Source: Lytechinus pictus (Eukaryota). Taken from it: a stretch of 60,000 nucleotides of DNA. A program made the position numbers and the translations under genes. Of this stretch, positions 26,512 to 38,383 are shown in pieces. The DNA lies in NCBI RefSeq assembly GCF_037042905.1, contig NC_087245.1:12464001-12524000 (forward strand). The letters run 5' to 3'. The notes beneath the pieces were generated by a model, which made no database searches, had not been told where the DNA came from, and saw only the letters and a list, made by a program, of their open reading frames with translations. How positions within the stretch are numbered: position 1 is the first letter of the stretch; each line of letters opens with the position of its first letter.

Positions 26512-29073
26512 CCTTAAATTGATTCATACAGTAAAAGGGAGATTATCAGTAATATTGATTGAAGTAAATAAAATCATGAAAATACAAGCCCATAGTTCCC
26601 TTACATGTACCTTGTACAAAATCATACACACAAGAAGTGACAAGATATATTATAATTCTCTACATGTTAAATTGATGAAATGTCTATTTGATCAAAGAAA
26701 CAGACTTTACTTTGTGCGTGTACATGTACATGTACGATAGACATACATGTACATGTAATACACATTTTTCTTTGGGGGGGGGGATACATGGAAGAGTTGG
26801 AAAAAGAGAGCATCACATACAGTTAAGAACTGCTCTTGATGAAATTCCTTTATTAATTTTTGCTATCCAATGTTGTAATGACACTGTCATACAGATGTGT
26901 CATGCAAATTGCAAAGCTCTCTGGTAGTTCTTTGGCATTGAAAAAAATCACTTATAGTTTTATTTATTCAAATCCCTTTACATTTTTACAAGTTCCTTTT
27001 GTTGCATAAATATAGATGTGGATGAAGGTTTTTTTTTTACAGACATGTATGTAGTTGAAAGGAAAAAGAATGCTTTTTTTCTTTTGTTGAATACGTCTAT
27101 CTTTGCGATCGAGTCTCCCTCCACACCCTTCCCCTTTCCTAAATGCAATTTCCTCGCTCCTTTCATCAGCAATTTTGATGATTGTCTAACTGACGGGATG
27201 GCTCCTATTACATACAAAAACATACAAGGATTGCCTATTACCTTGTATTATGTGTAGTCTGATTTTGCATTGAATTCTTCATGTAGTACAGTATCTCAAT
27301 CATATGATTATAAGGAAAAAAATAATTTTCATATACTTTAGTGCTTTGATTATTCATTATAAATATTGGAATATTACACAATACATGCCTGACTATATAG
27401 AATCCTTCCAGATAATTTTTGTAGAGAATGGGTATCCCCAAGTTATGATTGTCATCAATGGGCCAGTAAAAAAAAACAGTTAGCAAAAGTATGTATTGTA
27501 TTTTTTCCCCTACATGTACATGGTATCAACAAAGTATCATGAATTCATATTCTACTGTACATGTAGGCTACATCAGGGGATGAAGTATGTAGACATCCTT
27601 TTTATGCACATAATAATTGTTTTTGTAAACAGACGAGTTCATTCAGTCAGTGTAATGTAAGTGTACCCCCAATGAGGTACAGGTACCATTCAGTTTCAAA
27701 AGTAAACAATGATGACTCATACATGTATACATGTACATATGTAGGTCAATGAATGGGTATTTTCCCATCTGTGTGTACAGGTACACAGAATATTTTGATT
27801 TAATCAGCATAGAATTTGAATAATCAGCAAGGATTTCCTATGCTTACAAGTTATACATGTACATGTATGTGCATGTTGTGGACCTTTGTAGTTCATACTA
27901 TACAGTACATTACATACTGTATTTTAACAGAGTATGAAAAGGAATGTCTATAAATCTTGAATGTAATATTTATAAGCCAAGCCAAAGCTTGAGACTTACC
28001 CTGTGATAACAACAGAAGTCTCATACATGTACATGTATGATGTAGGCCCACATGTGTATATTTGTCAGGTACATGTACACACAACAATAGGCATTAATAA
28101 GAAAAGTACAGCATTTGTGTATATGTTAAAAAATAATAGTGATTATCTTTGATATTATTATTTCACTATGTAACTAGTATAGCACGCACAGGTGGAGAAC
28201 ATGCATTTACTGCACATGAACATGTACAGCACAAAACTAAAACTTGTTTTGGTTCATACATTGCAGAAGTGAAAATATGTATTCATTTGATTGTTCATAA
28301 AATCTAATGTGAATACAAACAAAGGCGTGACTGCATGGGACTACATGTACATGTATTTTTTCCTGGATGATTTCATACAACAGACACAAACCTGCCCATC
28401 TCCCCATCTTAAACTCATAGACAAATGTATTGTTTTAGTTTAGTTCATGGGATGTGGATGAATCATAAACCCACATGGTTAAGGATTTTACTAATATCCG
28501 GTTTGTGACACTCTCTCACACATTATTGAATCAAGCGGTACATGTAATTAAATGAATGTGCTTTCTTTATTCCTGTTTGCTCTTGAAATACTTGGAACAG
28601 ATGTTTTCGTTTTTCTCCTGGGATTTTGGGGGGTGCATATTGTCTCATTCTAATCGATGTTGTGTGAAAGTATTGTTGCAATGTATCCTGATATCTTTGT
28701 AATCTTTTGTGTATTTGTGATTTTTTAATCATTTGCTTTATATTTACCCTGCATTGCCAAAAATATACATTTGCTCTTAATTACATGTAATATCTTTGTT
28801 TGTCTGTTTCATTATTTCTTTTGTTATATTCATTAATTCCAATTATTTCACTCTTAGAGTATGAATATCATCTATTGTGTGGGGATGTAAGAGTTTCCAT
28901 AAAGTTTGTACATTTAATGATTCATGGCATCCAACCGCAAACTAAAAAAAAAAAATCTATTTTAGAGTTGAATAACAAAAATTATTATATTTCTCAGCTG
29001 GGAAATCTCACTAATAAATCAGTTGCCTTTGCAATGACAGTGAAATTGTTAATTTTTTTTTCTATTTTATTAG

Positions 29074-29217
29074 ACTCATCATCATCAGGAGAGGTCAGTT
29101 TTGCAGAGAAAGCAAAGAAAAAGAAGCGTAGAGTTGTATTTGATGGAGTTACTGTATTCTTCTTCAGAAGGACCCAAGGATTTACGTCAGTCCCAAGCCA
29201 GGGTGGATCTACTCTAG
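29074..29217 (+). CDS. CSRNP: CSRNP-family protein, coding exon 2
   Basis: Polypyrimidine tract and TAG| acceptor; donor G|GTAGGT; encodes [35 protein letters not shown], the hallmark CSRNP motif. Confidence 0.95.
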   Translation, partial: THHHQERSVLQRKQRKRSVELYLMELLYSSSEGPKDLRQSQARVDLL

Positions 29218-29477
29218 GTAGGTGCCTTTAAGAATTATTTCCTTAATCAGAATTTAAAAACACAAATATTGTACTTTGCATAGCAGATAGATAATGTGCA
29301 GTTAAATTACTTTACTTTTTTCAACAATTATTTCTTTCAATGAAAGAAAGAAGAAGAAAAAACTTCCTCACATTTATTTGTAGTCCTGATTCATGATTTT
29401 TTTTCCCAATGTCAGGCATGGTAGAAACTACCAGCAGCTTGATTAATACGTACATGTATAGCCTGCCATACATGCAG

Positions 29478-29974
29478 TGAAAGGACTAGTCCACCCCGAC
29501 AAATAGTTGGTTTGAATAAAAAGAGAAAAATACAACAAGCATGTCACTGAAAATTTCATCAAAATCGGTTGTAATATGAGAAAGTTAGCAAATTAGGGAA
29601 CTGATGACATCACTCACTATTTCTTTTGTATTTTATTATATGAAATATTCAAATTTTCTCCTCATTGCCCTGTGAAACAAAGTTTTATTTCTCCCGGAAC
29701 ATGTGGAATTACCATTGTTTAACATTTTATGGTTCAGTCAAGTTGGTCCTTTTTGTCAAATCTGTAAAAATTGAAATATTTGTGAGGGACATCATCGATT
29801 CTCTCATTTGCATGTGATTAAATTGTGCATAATTTGTGAAATATAAGCGAAACTTTAAAATGTCATAACATCCTTATTTTACATTCGATTTTGATGAAAT
29901 TTTCAACATTATGCTTGTCTGATTTTCTCTATTGATTCAAATCAACACTTTTATGAGGTGAACTTGACCTTTAA
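29478..29974. mobile_element. Kolobok-like non-autonomous element
   Basis: AAAGGACTAGTCCACCCC ... GGTGAACTTGACCTTTAA; same family as 22382. Confidence 0.75.
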
Positions 29975-32847
29975 CAACAATCTTCAGTTAACCCTAAATG
30001 TAGACTTTGTACCCACTCCCCATTTTAACAACATTAGAAGCATCTCATCATTTGTGGAGATGTTTTGGTGTTGTGGGTAAGTCCCTGAAGTGTGGAGCTC
30101 AAGGAACAGGTTTCAAATCTTTTTTATTGCACTACTAAGTTGTTCCCATCTATTTCACCATCTATACCACTGAGAGTTTTCACTTTTCAGTATATTTTTT
30201 ATGCATCTCTCCTTGTGATATTCATCAGCAACTTCCAATTCATAGTTACTTTGTTTATTATATCTACCAAAGTGAATATATGAAAGAAAGTTGTGAATTA
30301 TTAAAATTAATATTAGCAAAATCTCTTATAATTAGGGAGAGAAAAAACAGCACAAAGGCATTGATTATCAGCCTACTTCCAGGTGTTGAATACATGTAGA
30401 TGTACATAATCACTTTCTTAAAAAAATTAAAAAAAACATTTGATACATGTACCATTTTGAAGCCAGATTGACATTTTCAACCCATACAGGTTTATGCAAC
30501 ATTACCAAATCCCAGGTTTTAAATTGTATTTACATGTACATACATGTAGGACCTTTCAAATCACTTTAGATGTGTTATGTTTCATCAAGTAATATACATG
30601 ATTATAAATGTTACAATTTACAATAATATCATTACACCTGGATTTACTGTCATAATCTGAAGAGAGTTTCACTTTCATTCATGAAGTGACCTCCTATTTG
30701 TTTGCTTTTAGAAAGTCTTGTACATAGTTGTCATAAATATGCACACCATTGGCATTCTATACCTGAAGAGCTCTGTGAATCATGGTACCTTGAATTATCA
30801 AGAGGACCCTAGATGCCAGCTAAAAAGAGCTATTTTACTGTAGCCTGCATCCTGCCAAAACTTTAATCATCCCAATGCACTTTTCCCCAGTGCACCATCT
30901 CTAACCAGCCAGCCAGCTGAGTTGTTCCAGGGCCCAGTTTGAAAAAAAAATAAGACCAATTACTAATGCTAATGTTCTATCCCATCTTTGCCCTCAGCAA
31001 ATCAGATTGCACCATTTCAGTAGCTTAATAGAGAAACTTGTACTTGTCAAGGCTTGTGAAACAGGATCCAGACCCCATCTCTCTGTTTTTATCATCAGTC
31101 CACTTGCCTGCCTGTTGTGTCTATTTTTATCCCTCTCGCTTGTCATTCCACTTCCTCCTTGCCTTCCATGTTGTGTTTGTTGTCTTCACTTGTTGTCTTG
31201 GTAACGGATGTAGTTGACATACATGTGAGTAAACCTCCAAGCCAGCTCCAAGTTCGGGTTATATCTTTGATAATCCCTGGGGTGGGTGATGGGGTGTCTT
31301 TTTATCAGCGTGGACCTGGAGGGATTCTTCAATCTATGTATGCAAGCTTCATGTGTTTTCTGGGAAAGGAAGAGTTATGTTTTCTTTTGATGAGTCAGTT
31401 TTGCTTCTGTGTAGATGCACAGTATTACATTGATCTCCCTCTATTCACTACCTTTGACTCTCAAAAAATCTCAAATCATTTGTAAAAATTTCATGAACAC
31501 CATCTTATATGTCTTTCACCTGGTTTCGAAAGCTGTCATAGCGAGGTCTTGGTCACTTGACCAAAGATACATGAGGATGAAGGCTTGGTAGACTGATTTT
31601 CCCTGAGAATATTTTTGTTTCATTGAGAATCAAAGAGAGTGCAGTTTGGTAAAGGTCCACTTCAAGTACCGGTACATGGACAAAGCCAAAACCTTAAAGC
31701 AAAATAAGAAGACAAACTCCATTTGCATCGATACTCTTCTGGTAAGACAAGCATAACAGGGGCTTCGATCTTATGGACTTTCTGTAAACTGGGCATGAAC
31801 TTCAGCAATTCATTGTCTATTCTTTCCCTTTTTCCTTCGTTTTCATTCCGCTAATGTCCACTACAAAAATGTTCTTTCTAATATTGTACAATATTCTGAA
31901 GTAGTTTTGATATATTTGTACATGTCATATTCTGTCTTCCTTTGTATTGAAAAATGATATCACATCTCTGTATTGTTGTGTAAGCATGATTAGACTCCAT
32001 CTTCTTTAACAACCCTAAGTCTGTGCCAAACTCTGTGAGGCAGCCTTCGGAAGCCCTGACTTCCTGCCACTAATCGAGACCTCTCTAAATTTGGCTCCGA
32101 CCCCCAGGGGTCATGATGAGAGATGCTATCCCCTCTTACCTAACAAACATGCACAAGGAATTTTTTACAAGATAATTTACATCTGGTCTGAGAAAGAAGG
32201 TTGAAATGAACTCTATGAAAATAATAAAGAAACATGCATAAAGAATTTATAGTGTATGTATTGTTGTAATAGTTTGGAATCTCCGAAATGATTGAAAAAA
32301 AAAATTCTTTTGAGAGTCTGTAGCACTGCACATAATGAATGCAAGTGTGGAACTATGGATATATATTAGGCAAAAAAATGCTGTTTGGGTTTCTTTTTGT
32401 AGAATACTTATGAAGAGCAATCATGTGCAGGAGACTTTTTACTTTTATATTGTTCATTAAAGAATGCAATAGCTTGCGATGATTGCTTTCATCTTTCCCT
32501 TTTACATGTACAGTGTAGATGGAACCCTTTCTTTTTTATTTTTTTCATCTGTAATGTGTGTTTTTGAATGGTTGTAGGATCAGGAACTTTCTAGAAGTCG
32601 AGGAAGTGATTTCTAGAAATTAATGATAAAGGAAATATGTCACTTTAAAAAATACCATGTTATTATTTTACCTTCAATTTCATTTGCGTGAAAGAAAACT
32701 GATCCGAAATAAATTTGACTTGATCATAAAGGGAAAAATCAGAGAGGACTTATATTATGTAGAATTAGAAATATACATCAATGATTTTTTCATTCTTCAT
32801 TAATTGTGATGTTATATTTTAATGAGAAAGCCATGGATGTTTCATAC

Positions 32848-33687
32848 TTAAAGGACAAGTCCATTCCACCAAAAAGTTGATTTCAATAAAAAGAGAAAAA
32901 TCGAACAAGCATAACACTGAAAATATCATCAAAATCAGATGTAAAATAAGAAAGTTATTACATTTTGAGGTTTCACTTAATTTCACAAAACAGTTACATG
33001 TATATGCACATCCTGGCTGGTATGCAAATGAGGAGACTGATGATATCATCCACTTACTGTTTCTTTTGTATTTTTTATTTTATTATAAAAAATATGAAAT
33101 ATTCTTATTTTCTCCTCATTAATTCCTCCCTGAACATAATGGAATTCGCATTATGTAATACTGCAGTATATATTTCAGTAATGTTGGTCCTTATCGTCAA
33201 ATCTGTAAGAAATTAAATATTGTGTAATTCAAACAATAAAAAACAAAAGAAAGAGTGAGGGACATTGTCGTCTGTCTCATTTGCACGTTACTGAGTTGTG
33301 CATATCACTGTTTTGTAAGAAATAAGCGAAACTTTGAAATGTCATTACTCTCTTATTTTATATCATATTTTGATGAAATTTTCAGTGTTATGCTAGTTTG
33401 ATTTTTCTCTATAGATGTATTCATATGGGTTCGAATCCCAGCCATGGCGTAATTTCCTTCAGCAAGAAACTGATCCACAGTGTGCTGCACTCAACCCAGG
33501 TGAGGTAAATGGGTACCGGTAGGAAGTAATTCCTTAAAAAGCTGTGTGCGCTATGAACGCCTAGCTTAGCCGGGTAATATAGGAGCGCCTTGAGCACCTA
33601 ACAAGGTGGATATGTGCGCAATATAAATACCCTATATTATTATTATTATTCAAATCAACATTTTTCTGGGGTGGACTTGACCTTTAA
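32848..33687. mobile_element. Kolobok-like non-autonomous element interrupted by a SINE
   Basis: TTAAAGGACAAGTCCA ... GGGGTGGACTTGACCTTTAA. Confidence 0.8.
33427..33649 (+). mobile_element. tRNA-derived SINE (5'-truncated)
   Basis: Pol III B-box GGTTCGAATCC, shared SINE core, (TTA)n tail; inserted in the right arm of the Kolobok-like copy. Confidence 0.8.
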
Positions 33688-35102
33688 TAAGCTTCATTCT
33701 GCCCATGCTACAGCAATGTAGTCATTATGCAATTAAGCTCAAGTTTAAGATGCCTTATTCTAATTTGATGACAATGTGCTTTCACTTCACTTAACCTTTA
33801 ATGCTATAAATCATGTTATACTGTGCACATGTCAAAATGAAGCTCTCAAAAAAATGTTAAAAGAGTTGTCATGTGCTTTGAACAATATGAATTGGGCAAG
33901 AAGATGATAGTGCAGCATTGGTAGCATACATGTATATCCATCATACGTATGACACTATTCAGTCATATTTTGATGATAATCATTGATTTTGAAGCATTCA
34001 TATTCCTGGTTTTAATCCATCTATCTTGGGTGGGGTCTATTTCAATTCATAATGAAGTGTTACAACTACGGTACCTTTTCCATTTAATATGGCAAACTAC
34101 CATGGTAACAGGGCTCTGCAGTCAGCAGCCAATCACAATCAAGGTTTCCAAGGTAAAGTACATGGTAAAGGTACTGTACCATAGTTGTAACTCTTTGAAA
34201 AATAGGCCCCACCCAAAATAAAATTTAGATGAATAGTTATCAAACAAGCCCCTGGACATACTGTACATGTACTCCTAACACACCAATTTGAAAGGAAACT
34301 TATCCATTCAAGCTTCCATCAGTTACACGCTTTATTGAGAAGAAAATGTGTAATAGAGATTAATTGCCATGTATAAAGCTAAAAGTGGAGAAATTATTAT
34401 TCAAATCTGTATAGCTGTTTGATAACTGATGCATAATGTCCCAGTATAATATTTTTTTTTTAATCATCTCTTTACCCCAAAAGTTACATTATCACTATGT
34501 TTGAGTAAACCTGAAACTAAGCAGTAAAAAATGGTAATTGGATTGCCTCATGAATTATACCACTGTCATGCATCTGAGGAAAATTGGCAAATTCAGCGAC
34601 AGTGTTGCTTGTTCACTGCTGGTAATTAGATAAGGAAGGAAAAGGCAATTTAGTGAAAGTTCAGAATAATTTTAGTAGTAGATAACCAAACTTTGACGGA
34701 AGTAGTAACTGAAATGTCACTTCCATACATTCACATTTGACAGTATTCAAGCTGAAACATGTCTGGTATACCAATGATCAAATAGGAGTTCAAAAGAGTG
34801 AATTGATATCCTAGTTTCCCAAAATATGAAGGTGAAACTTTACATTGCAACTATTTGCACATGTACATGTACATTTGCATGTAATACTAATCCATGCCTA
34901 ACACAAAGTCTGATTTGTTGTAGGTCATTTTTTTAACAAAATGCAATACGACAATGAATTTGATTGCCTATTGCAAGTTTTGCATTTGATTCTTACTCTT
35001 GCATTAGTGAGCTCTGATTAAAATGAATAGGGGAATTAAGAAAGCTGTTATCCATTCAGAAAAACAAAAACATGTTATTGTTAGTAGTATTACCATTTGT
35101 AG

Positions 35103-35642
35103 TTAAAGGTCAAGTCCAACCCAGAAATCAGACGTCTGTAAAATTAGCAGTTTATGACATTTCAAAGTTTTGTTTATTTTTATGCACAGCTCAATTATAT
35201 GCAAATTAAAGAGTCGATAATTGCCCCTCATTCACAATTTCTTTTGTTTTTATTGTTTGAATTATACAATATTTCAATGTTTACAGATTTGACAATAAGG
35301 GTCCTCTTGTTTGAACCACAAAATATCAACACAGTGGTAATTCCACACGTTCAGCAAGAAACCAAACTTTGTTACACATGACAATGAGGAGAAAATTAAA
35401 ATATTTCATATTTAATGTAATGAAATACAAAAGAAATAGTAGGTGGATGATGTCATCAGTCTCCTCATTTGCATACTGACCAGGATGTGAATATAACTGT
35501 TTTGTGAAATGAAGCGAAACTTTAAAATGCCATAACTTTCTTATTTTACATCTGATTTTGTTGAAATTTTCAGTGTTATGCTTGTTTGATTTGTCTCTTT
35601 TTATTCAAAACAACTTTTTGTTGGGTTGGACTTGTCCTTAAA
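35103..35642. mobile_element. Kolobok-like non-autonomous element
   Basis: TTAAAGGTCAAGTCCAACCC ... GGGTTGGACTTGTCCTTAAA. Confidence 0.8.
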
Positions 35643-35771
35643 TGTCTCATTCAATGCTTTGTATCAGTTTATATATTTGTCTTCATTATAGTATCCAAGT
35701 TATTTTCTATGTTACATTTACAGCATATTTTAAATACATTGCCTATTTCCTCTTCGTTTTCTTTTGTTCAG

Positions 35772-38383
35772 GTATGGCCCCAAAACATGAAACCATTGGG
35801 AAGTTTACCCTCAAACAGTTTGAGCTATCCCAGGAGAAGTGTCATAGAGCCATCCTACGCAAGCAGCTGATGGACAGACGATGTCAGCAGCTAAGGGAAT
35901 CCTCCCCTTGCTCTACAATGACATTGAGAGAAGCAGAATCGGACTTAGATGAGGAACTGGACAACATCAACATTAATGACTATTACTTCTTACAACCGAT
36001 TCCAACCAAACAGAGGCGGTTGCTGCTGAAGCGTTCCGGTGTGAAAAAGATTGACAACACAGAGAAGATGGAGCTGAAGCGGATACGCCTGTCGAGGGAG
36101 TCCTGTGGTTGTGACTGCCAGGTGGTGTGTGACCCGGAAACATGTATGTGTAGTTTGGCCGGCATCAAATGCCAAGTGGACAGGCAGTCGTTTCCGTGTG
36201 GCTGTAGCAAAGATGGCTGCCATAACAAGTACGGGAGAATAGAGTTCAATCCTTCAAGGGTGAGGAATCATTTTATCCAGACTGTGGTTCGACTTGACAT
36301 GGAGCATCGGCAAGATGAGAGGATGAATCCTGGTGGAAGCCGCAGCCAGGAAGATTGCTTTGAGGGTCCTCCAGACATGAGCTCCTTGTCACACCCCCTT
36401 GAAGATTGGGGTCATCAAGCCTCAACCAGTTCCAGCCAAATGTATTCAGGAAGCCTTAATGGAAGGGACTTTTATGGAAATGTTGATATCCCTTTAGGAG
36501 ATGACAGGGCCAGTTGTAGCTCTTCCCTGTATTCCAAGTCATGTGATGCTTACGGAAGTGGAAATTCCTTGGAGGAGAACATTCCAGTTGAGGTACGCCC
36601 TCCAAGGCAACATGACTTGATTCCTCAAATGCTGCAGTTCAACGAGTCAGAGGATGAAAGTGCTATGACCCAACCCATCGCACCCTTATGTAATGTTCCC
36701 TTGCCCACAATGCCTTGCTATGACAGTTCAGAAGATAATTTTAGTTCAACTTCAGATTCAACTTCAAGCTCAGAAGCAAGCTCTAACTACGATCTCAATG
36801 AATGTAGTGCATCCTTTAACATGAAATCATCAGCCGATTACAACCTTGCCAGTAGTTTAGTGCAATCATCAGAGGTTAATAGTTTGTCTCATAGTCCTAC
36901 CGTAGAGGGCACCTTGCCACATTTGACGCCACTAGAGGTAGCCAATATCTTTTCTACCTCTAAACAAACTGCTGATAACACAAACAGTAAGACATATACT
37001 GAACTGAAGCAGCCAGACAGCTACACCAATAGTAGCTTTTCAACTGGTTTGTACAATCCTGATAATTCCGCCCATAGTAGTTACAGTGAGATTTTTATGC
37101 CGTATGATAATACTAAGGTAGCAGACAGCATACCTCTCACACTTCCCTCTCTAACAACTGCACCTTCTGCATACACCACTTGTAGTAGCCCTTCTTCATC
37201 CAGTACGTATACAGTCATGACATCTCTGAATGCTGTGGATTCCCTAGCTGAGATGCAAGAGACTGCACTCGCCACCAGCAAGCTGAGTTCTGTTACATTT
37301 GGGATGAAGGATGATCCTTCTTCTTCATTTACTCCACCTGAACCTCTCCTTTATAGCTCAACAACCATGGGCAGTGTTGGTGATATCTCCTCTAGCTTCT
37401 CTGTGACTCCTCGCTGCAATGAAAACCATGGAAATGAAGCCACAGCAACTGGTAGCAATGATAGTCCTGGTAGCCACCAGGGACATGGTGATGATGGCAA
37501 CGGGATCTCTCCCACCGTAGATAGTCCAGGTGATGCTGTTCTTGGTAATCTTGGCATGCCACTTGGACTTTGCTCATCCAGTGAGGAAAGACCAGTCTTC
37601 GACAGAATTGATGCATTACAGTCCCAAACTGACAGAGAATCCACCGATACATGCAGTGTGGAGAGTTGCCCAGGAGATCATCCTCTGCAGGAGTCTAACA
37701 TCCCTGGTATTCCCTGCTGCAGCACAACATCACAAGAAGGTGAAATCATCAGTTTGAGATGTAACCTGGAGGCCAGTGATGAGAACATTTCCAGCAATTC
37801 GAAAGAATTCATGAATAACACTGAAGGTATCTGCCAGTCTGAATCCAGCTCCTCCTCTCACCCTCAACCAATTACTCATGAGGATTCACAGATGAAAACT
37901 GAAGCAACAGGTTGTTCAATGCCAAATGATCTTGTAACTTGCAGTGGTAGAGTTGAGAGTGAAGAATCAAAGACCACTGATTCAAGAGGACAGGTCCATA
38001 GCACTGTATCCAGCAAACCACTACCAAGTATGGAAAAGCTTTGTGAGCATCCTCTGACGAATGGGACCATCCCGGTTCTTTCACATCTTCCTAGAGAAGT
38101 ACTGACCAAAGATTCAGCAGTAGAACTAGCCAAGAAGATCCAAGTCTTGAGAGGTAACAGCGAAGGTGAAGCTACTCCATCCATCTCACCAGACTCCTTG
38201 AGTCCTGATGGTGCTATGTCAGATGATCCCTTCAGACAAGCTGTTGATCCATCGGCCATTGATGAGTCATCCTTTAGCAGCTCAGACAGTGCTGTTGGTC
38301 ACATGTCTAGTGTTGGCTATTCTGAGCTTTCATCCGGAATACCAACTGGACCACCTCTTGTCCCAGCAGGAATCTCTGAATAA
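35772..38383 (+). CDS. CSRNP: CSRNP-family protein, last coding exon (Cys-rich domain plus long acidic/Ser-rich C-terminus)
   Basis: Acceptor TTTTGTTCAG|GT (phase 1); encodes YYFLQPIPTKQRRLLLKRSGV..IRLSRESCGCDCQVVCDPETCMCSLAGIKCQVDRQSFPCGCSKDGCHNKYGRIEFNPSRVRNHF, the conserved CSRNP Cys cluster; stop TAA at 38381-38383. Confidence 0.95.

Larger units (their letters stand above)
23560..38383 (+). other. CSRNP: CSRNP/Axud1-family gene model (ATG-bearing exon to stop); CDS join(23723..24050,29074..29217,35772..38383), 1027 aa
   Basis: GT-AG introns with consistent phases (1,1); total CDS 3084 nt; CSRNP_N motifs recognised. Confidence 0.9.

Noticed and set aside
33427..33440. tRNA gene
   Set aside because: Only a B-box without a cloverleaf; continues into a SINE core and tail.
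35642..35771. N-terminal 43 aa of the 913-aa ORF
   Set aside because: Intronic read-through upstream of the acceptor at 35771; the conserved STLG-M motif is formed by splicing from 29217.
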